Shown piece by piece: positions 10,287 through 20,852 of a DNA stretch of 64,000 nucleotides. Source of the DNA: a virus. The translations under genes and the position numbers were made by a program. The notes beneath the pieces were generated by a model. The model was not told the origin of the DNA, did no database searches, and saw nothing but the letters and a program-made list of their open reading frames with translations. The stretch lies in the IMG/VR virus record IMGVR_UViG_3300042691_025170, positions 36,579 through 100,578 of that record; one strand, 5' to 3'. The first letter of the stretch is position 1, and the number at the start of each line of letters is the position of its first letter.

Positions 10287-11666
10287 ATGGCAAAGAAAAA
10301 GATATTATTACTATCAGATGATTTAAGAATGAGTAGTGGTGTTGCCACAGTATCACGTCAATTAGTTTTAGGAACAGTTCACAAATATGATTGGGTTCAG
10401 TTGGGAGCAGCTATAAAACATCCAGAAGTTGGTAAAGTATTTGACCTATCGGAAGATATTAGAAATAGAACCGATGTTAAAGATGCTAATGTAAAAGTTA
10501 TTCCATTTGATGGATATGGGAATGCTGATATTATACGTCAGATACTTATGATGGAAAAACCAGATGCAATACTACATTTTACAGACCCAAGATATTGGAT
10601 ATGGTTGTATGATATAGAACATGAAATCCGCCAGTCAGTTCCATTGCTGTTTTATCATATTTGGGATGACCTACCAGATCCTAAATACAACCGTGAGTAT
10701 TATGAAAGTTGTGACTGGATTGGATGTATTTCTAAACAAACTTATGGTATCACCAAACGTGTTTGGAATTGGGATAAAGAACCACATTGGACGCATCCAA
10801 AAGATTGGCAGCTTAGTTATGTACCACATGGAATAGATTCAAAAACATATACACCATGTATAGTTCCTGATGATTTTAGAAAACATATATTAGGTGAAAA
10901 AGAATACGATTTTGTTTTGTTTTGGAACAATAGAAATATTAGGAGAAAACAACCCATAGAAACTATATTAGCTTTCGATGAATTTAGAAAGTCTCTTCCA
11001 AAAGATAAGCAAGACAAGGTATGTTATTTGATGCATACAGAACCAATTGATGAAAATGGTACTGATTTGATAACTGTTAAAAATCACTTAGCTCCAGATT
11101 CAAATATTATATTCACCAAAGGTCGTTGTACAGACGAACAGGTTGGTTGGTTGTACAATCTTGCAGATGTTACAATAAATGTAGCCTCCAATGAAGGATT
11201 TGGATTAGCAACTGCTGAAAGTATAATGTCAGGTACACCAGTTATAGTAAATGTTACAGGTGGTTTACAAGACCAATGTGGTTTTAAAGATAAGCAAACT
11301 GGTAAATTTTTTACAGAAGAAGATTACGTAAATATTGGTTCTTTACATAAACGTGATTGGAAAGACAAATTAACTTGGGGAGAATGGGTAAAGCCAATAT
11401 GGCCAGTTCGATCAGCTGTTGGTTCTGTACCGACTCCGTACATATTTGATGACAGAGTTGATTACGAAGACATAGTACCACTAATTAAAGAATGGTATGA
11501 TACGCCTAAGGAGAAAAGAAAAGAATTCGGCTTGATGGGTAGAGAATGGATGCTTAATGATGGAAAATTAAACAAACAATATATGTGTCAATCTTTGATA
11601 GATGGAATAGAGACTACTTTTAAAAATTGGAAACCACGTAAAAAATATTCACTAATAAAGTTATGA
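10287..11666 (+). CDS. Glycosyltransferase, GT-B (GT4-like)
   Basis: SGVATV, PHGID, NRNIRRK, NEGFGLATAES..GTPVI..TGG. Confidence 0.9.
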   Translation: MAKKKILLLSDDLRMSSGVATVSRQLVLGTVHKYDWVQLGAAIKHPEVGKVFDLSEDIRNRTDVKDANVKVIPFDGYGNADIIRQILMMEKPDAILHFTDPRYWIWLYDIEHEIRQSVPLLFYHIWDDLPDPKYNREYYESCDWIGCISKQTYGITKRVWNWDKEPHWTHPKDWQLSYVPHGIDSKTYTPCIVPDDFRKHILGEKEYDFVLFWNNRNIRRKQPIETILAFDEFRKSLPKDKQDKVCYLMHTEPIDENGTDLITVKNHLAPDSNIIFTKGRCTDEQVGWLYNLADVTINVASNEGFGLATAESIMSGTPVIVNVTGGLQDQCGFKDKQTGKFFTEEDYVNIGSLHKRDWKDKLTWGEWVKPIWPVRSAVGSVPTPYIFDDRVDYEDIVPLIKEWYDTPKEKRKEFGLMGREWMLNDGKLNKQYMCQSLIDGIETTFKNWKPRKKYSLIKL

Positions 11667-12937
11667 ACAAACCAACACTAATATATCAGGCACCTATAGC
11701 AACACGTAGTGGTTACGGAGACCACGCAAGAGATGTATTGTACTCTTTGAGAGCTCTTGATAAATTTGATATCAAAATAATTAGCACTAGATGGGGAAAT
11801 ACTCCAATGGATGCATTGAGATATGAAAACGAATTTCATCGTTGGATATTTGAAAATGTCATCGGAGGATTTTCTGAGAAACCAGATGTTTTTGTACAAG
11901 TTTCCGTACCAAATGAGTTTCAACCACGTGGAGTATTTAACATAGGAATAACAGCTGGTATAGAAACAACACAATGTGCAGCAGATTGGGTCATAGGTTC
12001 TAATAATATGGACTTAGTTATAGTTCCATCCGAGCACTCTAAGAAAAGTATAGCAGATATAGTTTATAATCAAGCTGACAAGAATACAGGGCAAGTGTTA
12101 GCTCAGCATAAATTTAATAAACAAATTGAGGTTGTATTCGAAGGTTATGATGAAAAAGTTTTTAGAAATGATAATATAGTAAGCATACCTGATTTAGATT
12201 CAATAGAAGAAGATTTTGCCTATTTGTTCGTTGGTCATTGGTTAAAAGGAGATATTGGAGAAGATAGAAAGAATGTAGGAATGATGATTAAGACATTTGC
12301 TATGGCTTTTAAAAACGAAGTAAAAAAGCCAGCTCTTGTATTAAAAACATCATCAGCTACATTCTCGATTAGGGATAGAGAACATATTTTTCGCAAAATA
12401 AAAGAATCGTTAGGTAATGACTTTGGAAAAGTTCCAGTATATTTATTACATGGAGATTTGTCAGATATTGAAATGAATAGTTTGTATCATCACCCAAAAA
12501 TAAAAGCTATGTTAAATTTTACAAAGGGTGAAGGATTTGGAAGGCCATTGTTAGAGTTTAGTTTAACGGGAAAACCAATAATAGTTAGTGGATGGAGTGG
12601 TCATGTTGATTTTTTAAAAGATGGTGCAATTTTATTAGAAGGTGAATTAAAAAATGTACATGATTCTGCAGCAGACCAGTTCTTGTTAAAAGAAGCAAGG
12701 TGGTTTAATGTTAATATTTCTAAATCTCTACCCATTATTAAAGATGTTTTCGTTAACTATGAAAAGTATCTAACAAATAGTAAAAAACTAGCTGACACAA
12801 ACAAAGAAAAATATAGTATTTCAAAAATGACTGATGTACTAAATTCAATTTTTACAAAGTTAGGTGTGTATAACAAGTCACAACCTAAGTTTCAGCAGTT
12901 ACAATTACCAAAACTTAAGATGTTAAATAACGACTAA
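11663..12937 (+). CDS. Glycosyltransferase, GT-B (GT4-like)
   Basis: SGYGDHAR, DRKNV, GEGFGRPLLE..GKPII..WSGHVDF. Confidence 0.9.
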   Translation: MNKPTLIYQAPIATRSGYGDHARDVLYSLRALDKFDIKIISTRWGNTPMDALRYENEFHRWIFENVIGGFSEKPDVFVQVSVPNEFQPRGVFNIGITAGIETTQCAADWVIGSNNMDLVIVPSEHSKKSIADIVYNQADKNTGQVLAQHKFNKQIEVVFEGYDEKVFRNDNIVSIPDLDSIEEDFAYLFVGHWLKGDIGEDRKNVGMMIKTFAMAFKNEVKKPALVLKTSSATFSIRDREHIFRKIKESLGNDFGKVPVYLLHGDLSDIEMNSLYHHPKIKAMLNFTKGEGFGRPLLEFSLTGKPIIVSGWSGHVDFLKDGAILLEGELKNVHDSAADQFLLKEARWFNVNISKSLPIIKDVFVNYEKYLTNSKKLADTNKEKYSISKMTDVLNSIFTKLGVYNKSQPKFQQLQLPKLKMLNND

Positions 12938-12951
12938 AGTATAATTGTAAA

Positions 12952-13467
12952 ATGGCAGAGAAAGAAGAAGAATATTTTGATTCTAACGCTAGGAAAAATA
13001 ATGTAAGATATAACAAGTTTGTTGTTTCAAAAGAACTTGTAAAATCTCCATCTACAAATATGGTTCGTGCTAAATTCTATAGAATACGTAAATACCAAGA
13101 TGTAGATGGAACAGAACACACATATAGTGATATACTAGCTCCAATAATATTTACATTGTATGTTTCAAAGAAAAAAGATATTGTACACGCTGTAAAAGTT
13201 TCTGAGATTAAGCCTGAGATGATTAAAAAGTTTTTCTCCAAATTTGTAAATTCAAAAACAGATTTGATAGAGGTAAAGGGTGATTCTAGAACAGTTTATA
13301 GTAAAAAAGTAGTACATACACCAGTTATTATGAAAAATGGTTACAGAACTTATAAATTAAGTGGTATAAAACAAATATTTGAATTGGATATGGATGAAAC
13401 ACAGCTAACGCCAATTAATAAGCAGGCGGTAGGTGTTAATGAAAAATCAAATGTTAAAAATAAATAA
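12952..13467 (+). CDS. Hypothetical basic protein
   Basis: ORF in operon context only. Confidence 0.55.
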   Translation: MAEKEEEYFDSNARKNNVRYNKFVVSKELVKSPSTNMVRAKFYRIRKYQDVDGTEHTYSDILAPIIFTLYVSKKKDIVHAVKVSEIKPEMIKKFFSKFVNSKTDLIEVKGDSRTVYSKKVVHTPVIMKNGYRTYKLSGIKQIFELDMDETQLTPINKQAVGVNEKSNVKNK

Positions 13468-13469
13468 AA

Positions 13470-13709
13470 ATGACAGCAGAAGAATTTGTTATTTGGTTTA
13501 AAGGATTTGCACAAGCAGCAAATGCTTATAATATAACCCCAAAACAATGGGAGGATGTTAAAGATAAGTTAGAAACTGTTGAAGATACTAAAGAGTACGA
13601 CTTTGAAGATGAGGAAATTTATTATGATTATGCAACAGTGACTACACCTGACTGGTATGTTGACTTGACATCAGGTTCATTTGATATAAAATATTATAAT
13701 CATACTTGA
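13470..13709 (+). CDS. Hypothetical phage protein
   Basis: MTAEEFVIWFKGF..QW..VKDKL, a common small phage protein pattern. Confidence 0.55.
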   Translation: MTAEEFVIWFKGFAQAANAYNITPKQWEDVKDKLETVEDTKEYDFEDEEIYYDYATVTTPDWYVDLTSGSFDIKYYNHT

Positions 13710-13710
13710 T

Positions 13711-14337
13711 ATGGCGAAAATAAGTTACGCAATAACGGCATGTAATGAATTAGAGGAATTAAAAAAACTGATACCTTTTTTAATTAAACACAAAAGTATT
13801 CATGATGAGATAGTCATATTGTTTGATGAGAAAAATGGTACACGAGAAGTGTTAGACTATTTGTTAGAATTTAATTTATTACCAAACGTACAAACTTGGA
13901 GAAACTTTTTTGAAAACGATTTCGCGGCAGCAAAGAATCGTCTTAATATGTATTGTAAAAATGAGTGGATATATCAGATTGATGCAGACGAAATGATTGA
14001 GGTCGAGTTGATGCAAAATTTAAGTGATATACTTGATAGTAATCCAGATGTTGACCTTATTTTTGTTCCAAGAATTAATATAGTAAACGGAATAACAAAT
14101 GAACATATTAAAAAATGGAAATGGAGAGTAAACGAAAAAGGATGGATTAATTTTCCAGACTTACAGGGTAGAATATATAAAAACAAAAAAGGTATAGAGT
14201 GGATAGGAAAAGTTCATGAAAGAATTGCTGGAGCAACTAACTATACCGCTTTTCCAACGGAAGAAGTTTATTGTATAAAGCATATCAAGGATATTAAAAG
14301 ACAAGAGAGACAGAACGCATACTACAACACTTTATGA
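13711..14337 (+). CDS. Glycosyltransferase GT2
   Basis: ISYAITACNE, DFAAAKN, IDADE (DxD), WIGKVHE. Confidence 0.9.
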   Translation: MAKISYAITACNELEELKKLIPFLIKHKSIHDEIVILFDEKNGTREVLDYLLEFNLLPNVQTWRNFFENDFAAAKNRLNMYCKNEWIYQIDADEMIEVELMQNLSDILDSNPDVDLIFVPRINIVNGITNEHIKKWKWRVNEKGWINFPDLQGRIYKNKKGIEWIGKVHERIAGATNYTAFPTEEVYCIKHIKDIKRQERQNAYYNTL

Positions 14338-15197
14338 GGATATTAGTTACAGGCGGATTGGGGTTTGTTGGTAAAAATTTAATAAAAAAATTAGTTAAAG
14401 ATGGCCACGATGTAGTTTGTGTCGACGATTATTCCATAGGTAATGGAGAATCTAAAATAGATGGTTGTCAGTATTACATAGTAGATGTTAACTATATAGA
14501 AAACGCTTTTAAAAATTATGAAATAGATAAAAAGTTTGACATATGTTTTCATCTGGCAGCATTGTCACGGATACAACCATCTTTTAAAAATCCAATTGAG
14601 ACATTCAACGCAAATACAGCTGGATGTTTGGTGATAGCAGAATGGGCAAGGTCTGTTGGTGCAAAGGTAATATATTCAGGCTCTTCATCTCGATGGCATG
14701 ACCCATTTAAATCACCATATGCTTGTTTCAAACACATGGGTGAAGAAATATTCAAACTCTACAAGAAAGTATATGCACTAAACGCAGAAATAGTTAGATT
14801 TTACAACGTGTATGGGCCAGGAGAAATTGTTGATGGAGATTGGGCAGCTGTAATAGGTTTGTGGAGAAGGCAAGTCCGTGAGGGACAACCTATCACAATA
14901 GTTGGCGATGGAGAACAGAGAAGAGACTTTACACATATAGACGATATAGTAGATGGTTTATGTAAAATAGCATTCAGCGATGAAAAGCATGAAGATGCAT
15001 GGGAACTTGGTACAGGTAAAAATTATTCTCTCAACGAAGTGTATGAGATGTTTAAAAATAGATTTGGAGTAGACAAAATAAACTTACCAGACCAACCTGG
15101 AAATTATAGAAAAACCATTCGTGAAAACGATGATAGTTTGATTAGATTACAATGGAATCCTATTGATAAATTAAAAACATATATAAATAATTTGTAA
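14334..15197 (+). CDS. NAD-dependent nucleotide-sugar epimerase/dehydratase
   Basis: VTGGLGFVG, HLAA, SSS, PYACFK (YxxxK), RFYNVYGP, GDGEQRRDFTH. Confidence 0.92.
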   Translation: MRILVTGGLGFVGKNLIKKLVKDGHDVVCVDDYSIGNGESKIDGCQYYIVDVNYIENAFKNYEIDKKFDICFHLAALSRIQPSFKNPIETFNANTAGCLVIAEWARSVGAKVIYSGSSSRWHDPFKSPYACFKHMGEEIFKLYKKVYALNAEIVRFYNVYGPGEIVDGDWAAVIGLWRRQVREGQPITIVGDGEQRRDFTHIDDIVDGLCKIAFSDEKHEDAWELGTGKNYSLNEVYEMFKNRFGVDKINLPDQPGNYRKTIRENDDSLIRLQWNPIDKLKTYINNL

Positions 15198-15205
15198 TAC
15201 AAGAT

Positions 15206-15856
15206 ATGTATAAATTTTCTGTTATAATACCAACTATATGGAAGTGTGATTATTTACTGACAATGTTAGAAAGATATTACGAATGTAACAATATAGACCA
15301 AGTAATATTAATTAATAACAATCGTGAAAAAACTCCAACATTTCCTAAAAGTAAAAAATTACTTTATGTAGAACCACATGAAAACATTTATGTAAATCCT
15401 GCTTGGAACTTGGGAGTAAGAGCAGCTAGTAATGATAATATCATAATTTCCAATGATGATTTAATGTACGATGTTAATGTTTATACTAATGTATTAAATG
15501 CCATAATAGAAAAATTTCAAGGCCTGCAAAATTTGGGAATTATAGGCATGCATGAACAGAACTATAGTATAGAGCAAACATCCAATACTATTGAATTAAA
15601 AGCACATATGGGAAAGCCAGCATGGGCTTGCTTATTAACAACTCATAGAAGTGTTTGGCCAATTATACCAGAGCAATTAAAAATTTATTATGGAGATGAT
15701 TTCTTGAAAAAAAAATTAAGTAACAAAATTTTTGATTTAGTTGGTTTAAAAGTACAAACCATAATGAGCTCTAGTGCAGACACAAAAGTTGATTGGGTAA
15801 AGCGAATTACAGAGAAAGATGCTGAAGAATGGAGTAAAATATTAATAAATGGATAA
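15206..15856 (+). CDS. Glycosyltransferase GT2-like
   Basis: FSVIIPT, NIYVNPAWNLG, SNDD, YYGDD. Confidence 0.8.
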   Translation: MYKFSVIIPTIWKCDYLLTMLERYYECNNIDQVILINNNREKTPTFPKSKKLLYVEPHENIYVNPAWNLGVRAASNDNIIISNDDLMYDVNVYTNVLNAIIEKFQGLQNLGIIGMHEQNYSIEQTSNTIELKAHMGKPAWACLLTTHRSVWPIIPEQLKIYYGDDFLKKKLSNKIFDLVGLKVQTIMSSSADTKVDWVKRITEKDAEEWSKILING

Positions 15857-15863
15857 TTAAAGT

Positions 15864-16472
15864 ATGTTAAGGACTGACATAATAAATCAACTGATTAAAA
15901 AATTTGATTACAAATCCTATTTGGAAATAGGAACACAAAATCCTCATTCAAATTACAATAGAATAAATGTTGCAAAAAAAACTTGTGTAGAACCATTCCC
16001 AATAGCAGGTACAGAAGACAAAATAACATTTATAGGTACATCTGATGAATTCTTTAAATCTATATCAGATGACATATATTTTGACATAATATTCATAGAT
16101 GGATTACATCACTACGATCAGGTTCTTATTGATATAGAGAATTCTTTACAACACCTTAGTGAAAATGGAACAATAGTATGCCACGACTGCTTACCTACTA
16201 CTGAACATATGCAATATAGAGAAAATTTAGGAGGAGAATGGACGGGAGATGTTTGGAAGGCAATTGCAAATCTTCGTGTAGAAAGAATAGACTTGGATAT
16301 AAAAGTTGTAAATACAGATTATGGGTGTGGTATAATACGCAGAGGTACAAATATACCATATTATGATTCTGATGCAAATTATTATACCTATACATACTAT
16401 TCAACAAATTCAAAACGATTATTAAATGTGATATCAATAGAAGATTTTTTGTTATGGAAAAACTCCCTATAA
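15864..16472 (+). CDS. Class I SAM-dependent methyltransferase (Methyltransf_24-like)
   Basis: YLEIG, TSDEFF, FDIIFIDGLH, GTIVCHD. Confidence 0.85.
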   Translation: MLRTDIINQLIKKFDYKSYLEIGTQNPHSNYNRINVAKKTCVEPFPIAGTEDKITFIGTSDEFFKSISDDIYFDIIFIDGLHHYDQVLIDIENSLQHLSENGTIVCHDCLPTTEHMQYRENLGGEWTGDVWKAIANLRVERIDLDIKVVNTDYGCGIIRRGTNIPYYDSDANYYTYTYYSTNSKRLLNVISIEDFLLWKNSL

Positions 16473-17194
16473 GTGTTGGAATATTGTCTTGGAATAGTGG
16501 ACAAACATTGGTAGATACATTAACTACCTATTACGAAAATGGTTTAGTAAATATTACAGATGATATAACCATTTTGTTTCAAGAATATAATAAAACCGAT
16601 ATTGAAATAGCTAATCATTTTGGGTTTAACTGTATATGTCTTACTAAAAATGTGGGTATAGGTTCCGCGTTTCTAAAGCTAGCTGAAAATGCTAAATACG
16701 ATTTTTTTATAACATTAGAACACGATTGGCATTTGATTGAAAACCAAACAGTAACTTACGATAGACTTAGAAGTGGTTTAGAATTATTAAAGAATGATTA
16801 TGATGTTGTAAGATACAGACACAGAAATAATCCAGGTTATCCTCATTTTTCTTTTAAGCATATTGGAAATGAATTGAATTATTACGATGAATGGCATGAA
16901 TGTACTGCACCACATCTACTTGATTCAATTCACTGGTTAGACCCATCGGAAAAGTTTTCTGACAAAATACAAAAACATGATGATTATTTTGTAACTACAT
17001 CTAGATGGGGTAATTGGACAAACAATCCTTGCTTATATAAAACTAATTTTTACAAAGAAATAATTAGACCATTTATCGGAGAAGGTATTGATTTAGAAAG
17101 AAAAATAGCATATTGGTGGCCCCGGCAAAATTTTAAAATTGCACATGGTGAAGGTTTATTTAAACACATTGATTTACTAAAATACGGAAAATGA
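16454..17194 (+). CDS. Putative GT-A glycosyltransferase
   Basis: ISVGILSW, NVGIG, LEHDW, WTNNP. Confidence 0.65.
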   Translation: MEKLPISVGILSWNSGQTLVDTLTTYYENGLVNITDDITILFQEYNKTDIEIANHFGFNCICLTKNVGIGSAFLKLAENAKYDFFITLEHDWHLIENQTVTYDRLRSGLELLKNDYDVVRYRHRNNPGYPHFSFKHIGNELNYYDEWHECTAPHLLDSIHWLDPSEKFSDKIQKHDDYFVTTSRWGNWTNNPCLYKTNFYKEIIRPFIGEGIDLERKIAYWWPRQNFKIAHGEGLFKHIDLLKYGK

Positions 17195-18558
17195 CAAAAT
17201 TAATTATCTTTGATTTAGATGGCGTATTGGTCGAAGCCAAAGAAATACATTACAAAACTTTTAATCAAGCTTTGATAGAGATTGATGAAAAATATATCAT
17301 TACGGAATCTGAACATCTTTCAATATATGATGGATTAAAAACAACTCAAAAGCTAGAGTTACTTACAAAGAATAAAGGATTGCCTACGCAATTTTATGAC
17401 AGCATATGGTTTAGAAAACAACATCTAACAATAGAAGCTATATCTCAACTAAAAACGGATGAAAGATTAGTACAATTGTTCAGAGAACTCCGTAACAAAG
17501 GATATCAGTTGGCATGTGCTTCAAACTCAATTAGAAGGTCTGTGTTGGTTATGTTAGCAAAGATAGGTATTATTGAGTACATGGATTTAATCATCTCTAA
17601 TGAGGATGTAAAGAACTCCAAACCACATCCTGAAATGTATTGGAAAGCAATGAGTATGATGGGTGTTTTACCTGAAGAAACTCTTATAGTCGAAGATTCA
17701 CCTCCTGGGTTGTTAGCAGCTAGTAGGAGTAGAGCAAATGTATTGAGAGTTGATTCACCAACCGATTTGACAATTCAAAAAATTTTTACTAAATTAAACC
17801 AAACAAAAAATAGTATGTCTACTCCAAAATGGCAAGGTGGTAAATTAAATGTCCTTATTCCGATGGCGGGAGCAGGATCTAGATTTCAACAAGCTGGCTA
17901 TACATTCCCAAAACCTCTTATAGATGTTAATGGGAAACCCATGATACAAGTAGTAGTTGACAATCTTAACATAGATGCTCAGTATATTTTTGTAGTACAA
18001 AAAGAGCACAGAGTTAAATACAACTTGGACACATTACTTACTTTGATTGTACCGGGTTGTAAAATAGTTGAGGTGGATGGTGTAACAGAAGGAGCTGCTT
18101 GCACAACTTTGTTAGCTAAAGAGTACATCAATAGTGATGTCCCACTTGTGATGGCAAACTCTGACCAATTTATAGAATGGGACTCTAATGAGTTCATGTA
18201 TAAAATGATTGAACAAAAAGTTGACGGAGGTATTCTTACATTCAAAGCAACACATCCAAAATGGTCATTCGCAAAAGTAAATGAATATGGATATGTAACT
18301 GAGGTGGCTGAAAAGAATCCAATATCAGACATAGCAACGGTAGGTGTTTATTATTGGGCAAAGGGAAGTGACTATGTAAAGTACGCAGAACAGATGATAG
18401 ATAAAAATATCAGAACCAATAACGAGTTTTATGTTTGCCCTGTTTTTAACGAAGCAATTGGTGATGGTAAAAAAATCAAAACATTCAACATAGAGAAGAT
18501 GTGGGGTATAGGAACTCCAGAGGACCTGAAATTCTTCTTAGAAAATTATAAGTTATGA
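17191..18558 (+). CDS. HAD phosphatase fused to sugar-phosphate nucleotidyltransferase
   Basis: N-half FDLDGVL, SNS, KPHPE, VEDS; C-half IPMAGAGSRF, PKPLIDV, TEGAACT, NSDQ, EKNPIS, GTPEDL. Confidence 0.9.
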   Translation: MTKLIIFDLDGVLVEAKEIHYKTFNQALIEIDEKYIITESEHLSIYDGLKTTQKLELLTKNKGLPTQFYDSIWFRKQHLTIEAISQLKTDERLVQLFRELRNKGYQLACASNSIRRSVLVMLAKIGIIEYMDLIISNEDVKNSKPHPEMYWKAMSMMGVLPEETLIVEDSPPGLLAASRSRANVLRVDSPTDLTIQKIFTKLNQTKNSMSTPKWQGGKLNVLIPMAGAGSRFQQAGYTFPKPLIDVNGKPMIQVVVDNLNIDAQYIFVVQKEHRVKYNLDTLLTLIVPGCKIVEVDGVTEGAACTTLLAKEYINSDVPLVMANSDQFIEWDSNEFMYKMIEQKVDGGILTFKATHPKWSFAKVNEYGYVTEVAEKNPISDIATVGVYYWAKGSDYVKYAEQMIDKNIRTNNEFYVCPVFNEAIGDGKKIKTFNIEKMWGIGTPEDLKFFLENYKL

Positions 18559-18992
18559 TACTAATATCACATAGAGGAAACATAAACGGCAAATTGCCGG
18601 AACTGGAAAATAGTATTGATTATATAAATAATGCAATCAAATTAGGTTACGATGTAGAAATAGATGTATGGATGATTGAAGGTGTATTGTTTCTTGGACA
18701 CGATGAACCTCAATATGGAATAACTCAACATTGGTTAAATGAAAGGTGTACCAAACTTTGGATACATTGTAAAAATATAGAAGCAGTTGAATGGTTTTCA
18801 GACATAGGTGTATTCAATTGGTTTTGGCATGAAACAGATACTATAACTTTAACATCAAACGGATATGTTTGGGCATATCCAGGAAAACAACCTATAAAAA
18901 ATAGTATAGCAGTTATGCCTGAGTTACATAATGATGATGTATCAATGTGTAGTGGGGTTTGTTCAGACTATATTGAAAATTATAAAATATGA
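18555..18992 (+). CDS. GDPD/PLC-like phosphodiesterase-fold protein
   Basis: ISHRGN, ENS, VEIDV, GHD, WIHCKN, CSDY. Confidence 0.7.
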   Translation: MILISHRGNINGKLPELENSIDYINNAIKLGYDVEIDVWMIEGVLFLGHDEPQYGITQHWLNERCTKLWIHCKNIEAVEWFSDIGVFNWFWHETDTITLTSNGYVWAYPGKQPIKNSIAVMPELHNDDVSMCSGVCSDYIENYKI

Positions 18993-19651
18993 AAGTAGCT
19001 TTATTACTAACCGGATTGCCAAGAAAAGTGCAAGAGGGATATGAATATTATTGGAAGCATGTGATAAATTCATATGATACAGATGTATATCTACATTTTT
19101 GGAAAGACGAAGAATATGAAAAAGTATTGGATGTTTATAATCCAGTTAGCTTTATACAACAAAAACCATTTGTATTTACCAATCACAGATTAGGTGTGGA
19201 GTCACCGAATGATGATATGTCTAGACCCATTTCTAGTTATGATGTTGCTGGAAACTTTAGATGCTTACCAATGTTATATAGTTGGCAAATTGGTTACTCA
19301 TTAATTCAAGGTGAATACGATTGTGTGATAAGAAGTAGATATGATTTGGGATCAAACTATCCAATTAACATTAATAGTCTAAATCTTGAAAATGTTAATA
19401 TATCAAATCATCATTGGCCAGACTCACCCATAACCGATGACAATCTGTGTATAACAAACAAAATCAACTCAGATAAAATATTCTCCGATATATTTAATGA
19501 GTTTGTTTACCACATAAAAAAAACTGGTGTTATACATTTTGCTGAGAAAAATTTTATGGAAATTCTTCAAAGAAAAAATATGTATGAAAAAGTGAGAAAA
19601 TGTAATGAATTACCATTTACTCTACTTAGAGAAAATAAACTTTGGTATTAA
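18989..19651 (+). CDS. Putative glycosyltransferase-like protein
   Basis: MKVALLLTGLPR, DVYLHFW, YDCVIRSRYDL; inside glycan cluster. Confidence 0.55.
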   Translation: MKVALLLTGLPRKVQEGYEYYWKHVINSYDTDVYLHFWKDEEYEKVLDVYNPVSFIQQKPFVFTNHRLGVESPNDDMSRPISSYDVAGNFRCLPMLYSWQIGYSLIQGEYDCVIRSRYDLGSNYPININSLNLENVNISNHHWPDSPITDDNLCITNKINSDKIFSDIFNEFVYHIKKTGVIHFAEKNFMEILQRKNMYEKVRKCNELPFTLLRENKLWY

Positions 19652-19661
19652 AATTAATAGT

Positions 19662-20852
19662 ATGAAAAAAATAAATTCACCCATTCAATTGTTTAAAGTT
19701 TTTATGAGTCCAACTGCGAAGGTTGAAGTTGGAAAAGTATTAGACAGTGGTTATATAGGTCAAGGCCCAAAAGTAGAGGAGTTGGAAAAAAATGTAGAGC
19801 AATATCTCAATGTAGATAAAGTTCTTTCATTAAATTCGGGAACATCCGCTTTACACTTAGCTCTTCACCTACTAAAAAAACCAAAAGTATTTGCAGCTTC
19901 AGACGGATATTCTTATGTAGAAAATAATTGGCCGGGTATGAAAGATGGAGATGAGGTACTAGCCACGGCAATGACTTGTACCGCTTCAAATTGGCCTATA
20001 CTTGCAAATAATCTTCGTATTAAATGGGTTGACATTGACCCCAAAACTCTTAACATGGATTTGGATGATTTGGAAAGAAAAATTACTCCAAAAACAAAAG
20101 CAATAGTTGCCGTACATTGGGGAGGTTATCCAATTGATTTGGATAGGCTAAAACAGATACAAAACAAAGCATTTCAAATGTATGGATTTAAACCAGCTAT
20201 TATTGAAGATGGTGCACATTCATTTGGATCGGAGTATAAAGGTAAGAAATTGGGAAATCATGGTAACATGGTTATGTATAGCTTACAAGCAATTAAACAC
20301 ATAACAGCCATAGATGGTGGTTTACTTGTATTACCTTATCAAGAACTCTATAACAGAGGAAAACTAATGCGTTGGTATGGTATAGACCGAGATGGAAACA
20401 GAAAAGATTTTAGATGTGAGGCTAACATAGACGAGTGGGGTTTTAAATTTCACATGAATGATGTATGTGCAACTGTTGGTATAGAGAATTTAAAATACGC
20501 TGATGAAATAATCTCTAAACACAGATCTAACGCAGCATTTTATGATAAAACATTATCTAATACAACCGGTGTTACTCTATTAGAAAGAAATGAAAATCAT
20601 AATTCCGCTTTTTGGATTTATAGTATGCTTGTAGAAAATAGAGACGGTTTTTATAAATGGATGAAGGAATGTGGTATAGTAGTTTCACAAGTTCATGAAA
20701 GAAATGATAAGCATACAGCTGTATCAGAGTATAAATGTGCTTTACCTACTTTAGAAAAAACAATCGGTAAAATAGTATCTATACCAGTTGGATGGTGGAT
20801 TACCGATGAGGAGAGAGAATATATTTCCGAATGTATAAAGAAAGGGTGGTGA
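19662..20852 (+). CDS. DegT/DnrJ/EryC1/StrS sugar aminotransferase
   Basis: NSGTSALHLAL, VHWGG, EDGAHSFG, SLQAIKHIT.IDGG (PLP Lys present). Confidence 0.92.
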   Translation: MKKINSPIQLFKVFMSPTAKVEVGKVLDSGYIGQGPKVEELEKNVEQYLNVDKVLSLNSGTSALHLALHLLKKPKVFAASDGYSYVENNWPGMKDGDEVLATAMTCTASNWPILANNLRIKWVDIDPKTLNMDLDDLERKITPKTKAIVAVHWGGYPIDLDRLKQIQNKAFQMYGFKPAIIEDGAHSFGSEYKGKKLGNHGNMVMYSLQAIKHITAIDGGLLVLPYQELYNRGKLMRWYGIDRDGNRKDFRCEANIDEWGFKFHMNDVCATVGIENLKYADEIISKHRSNAAFYDKTLSNTTGVTLLERNENHNSAFWIYSMLVENRDGFYKWMKECGIVVSQVHERNDKHTAVSEYKCALPTLEKTIGKIVSIPVGWWITDEEREYISECIKKGW

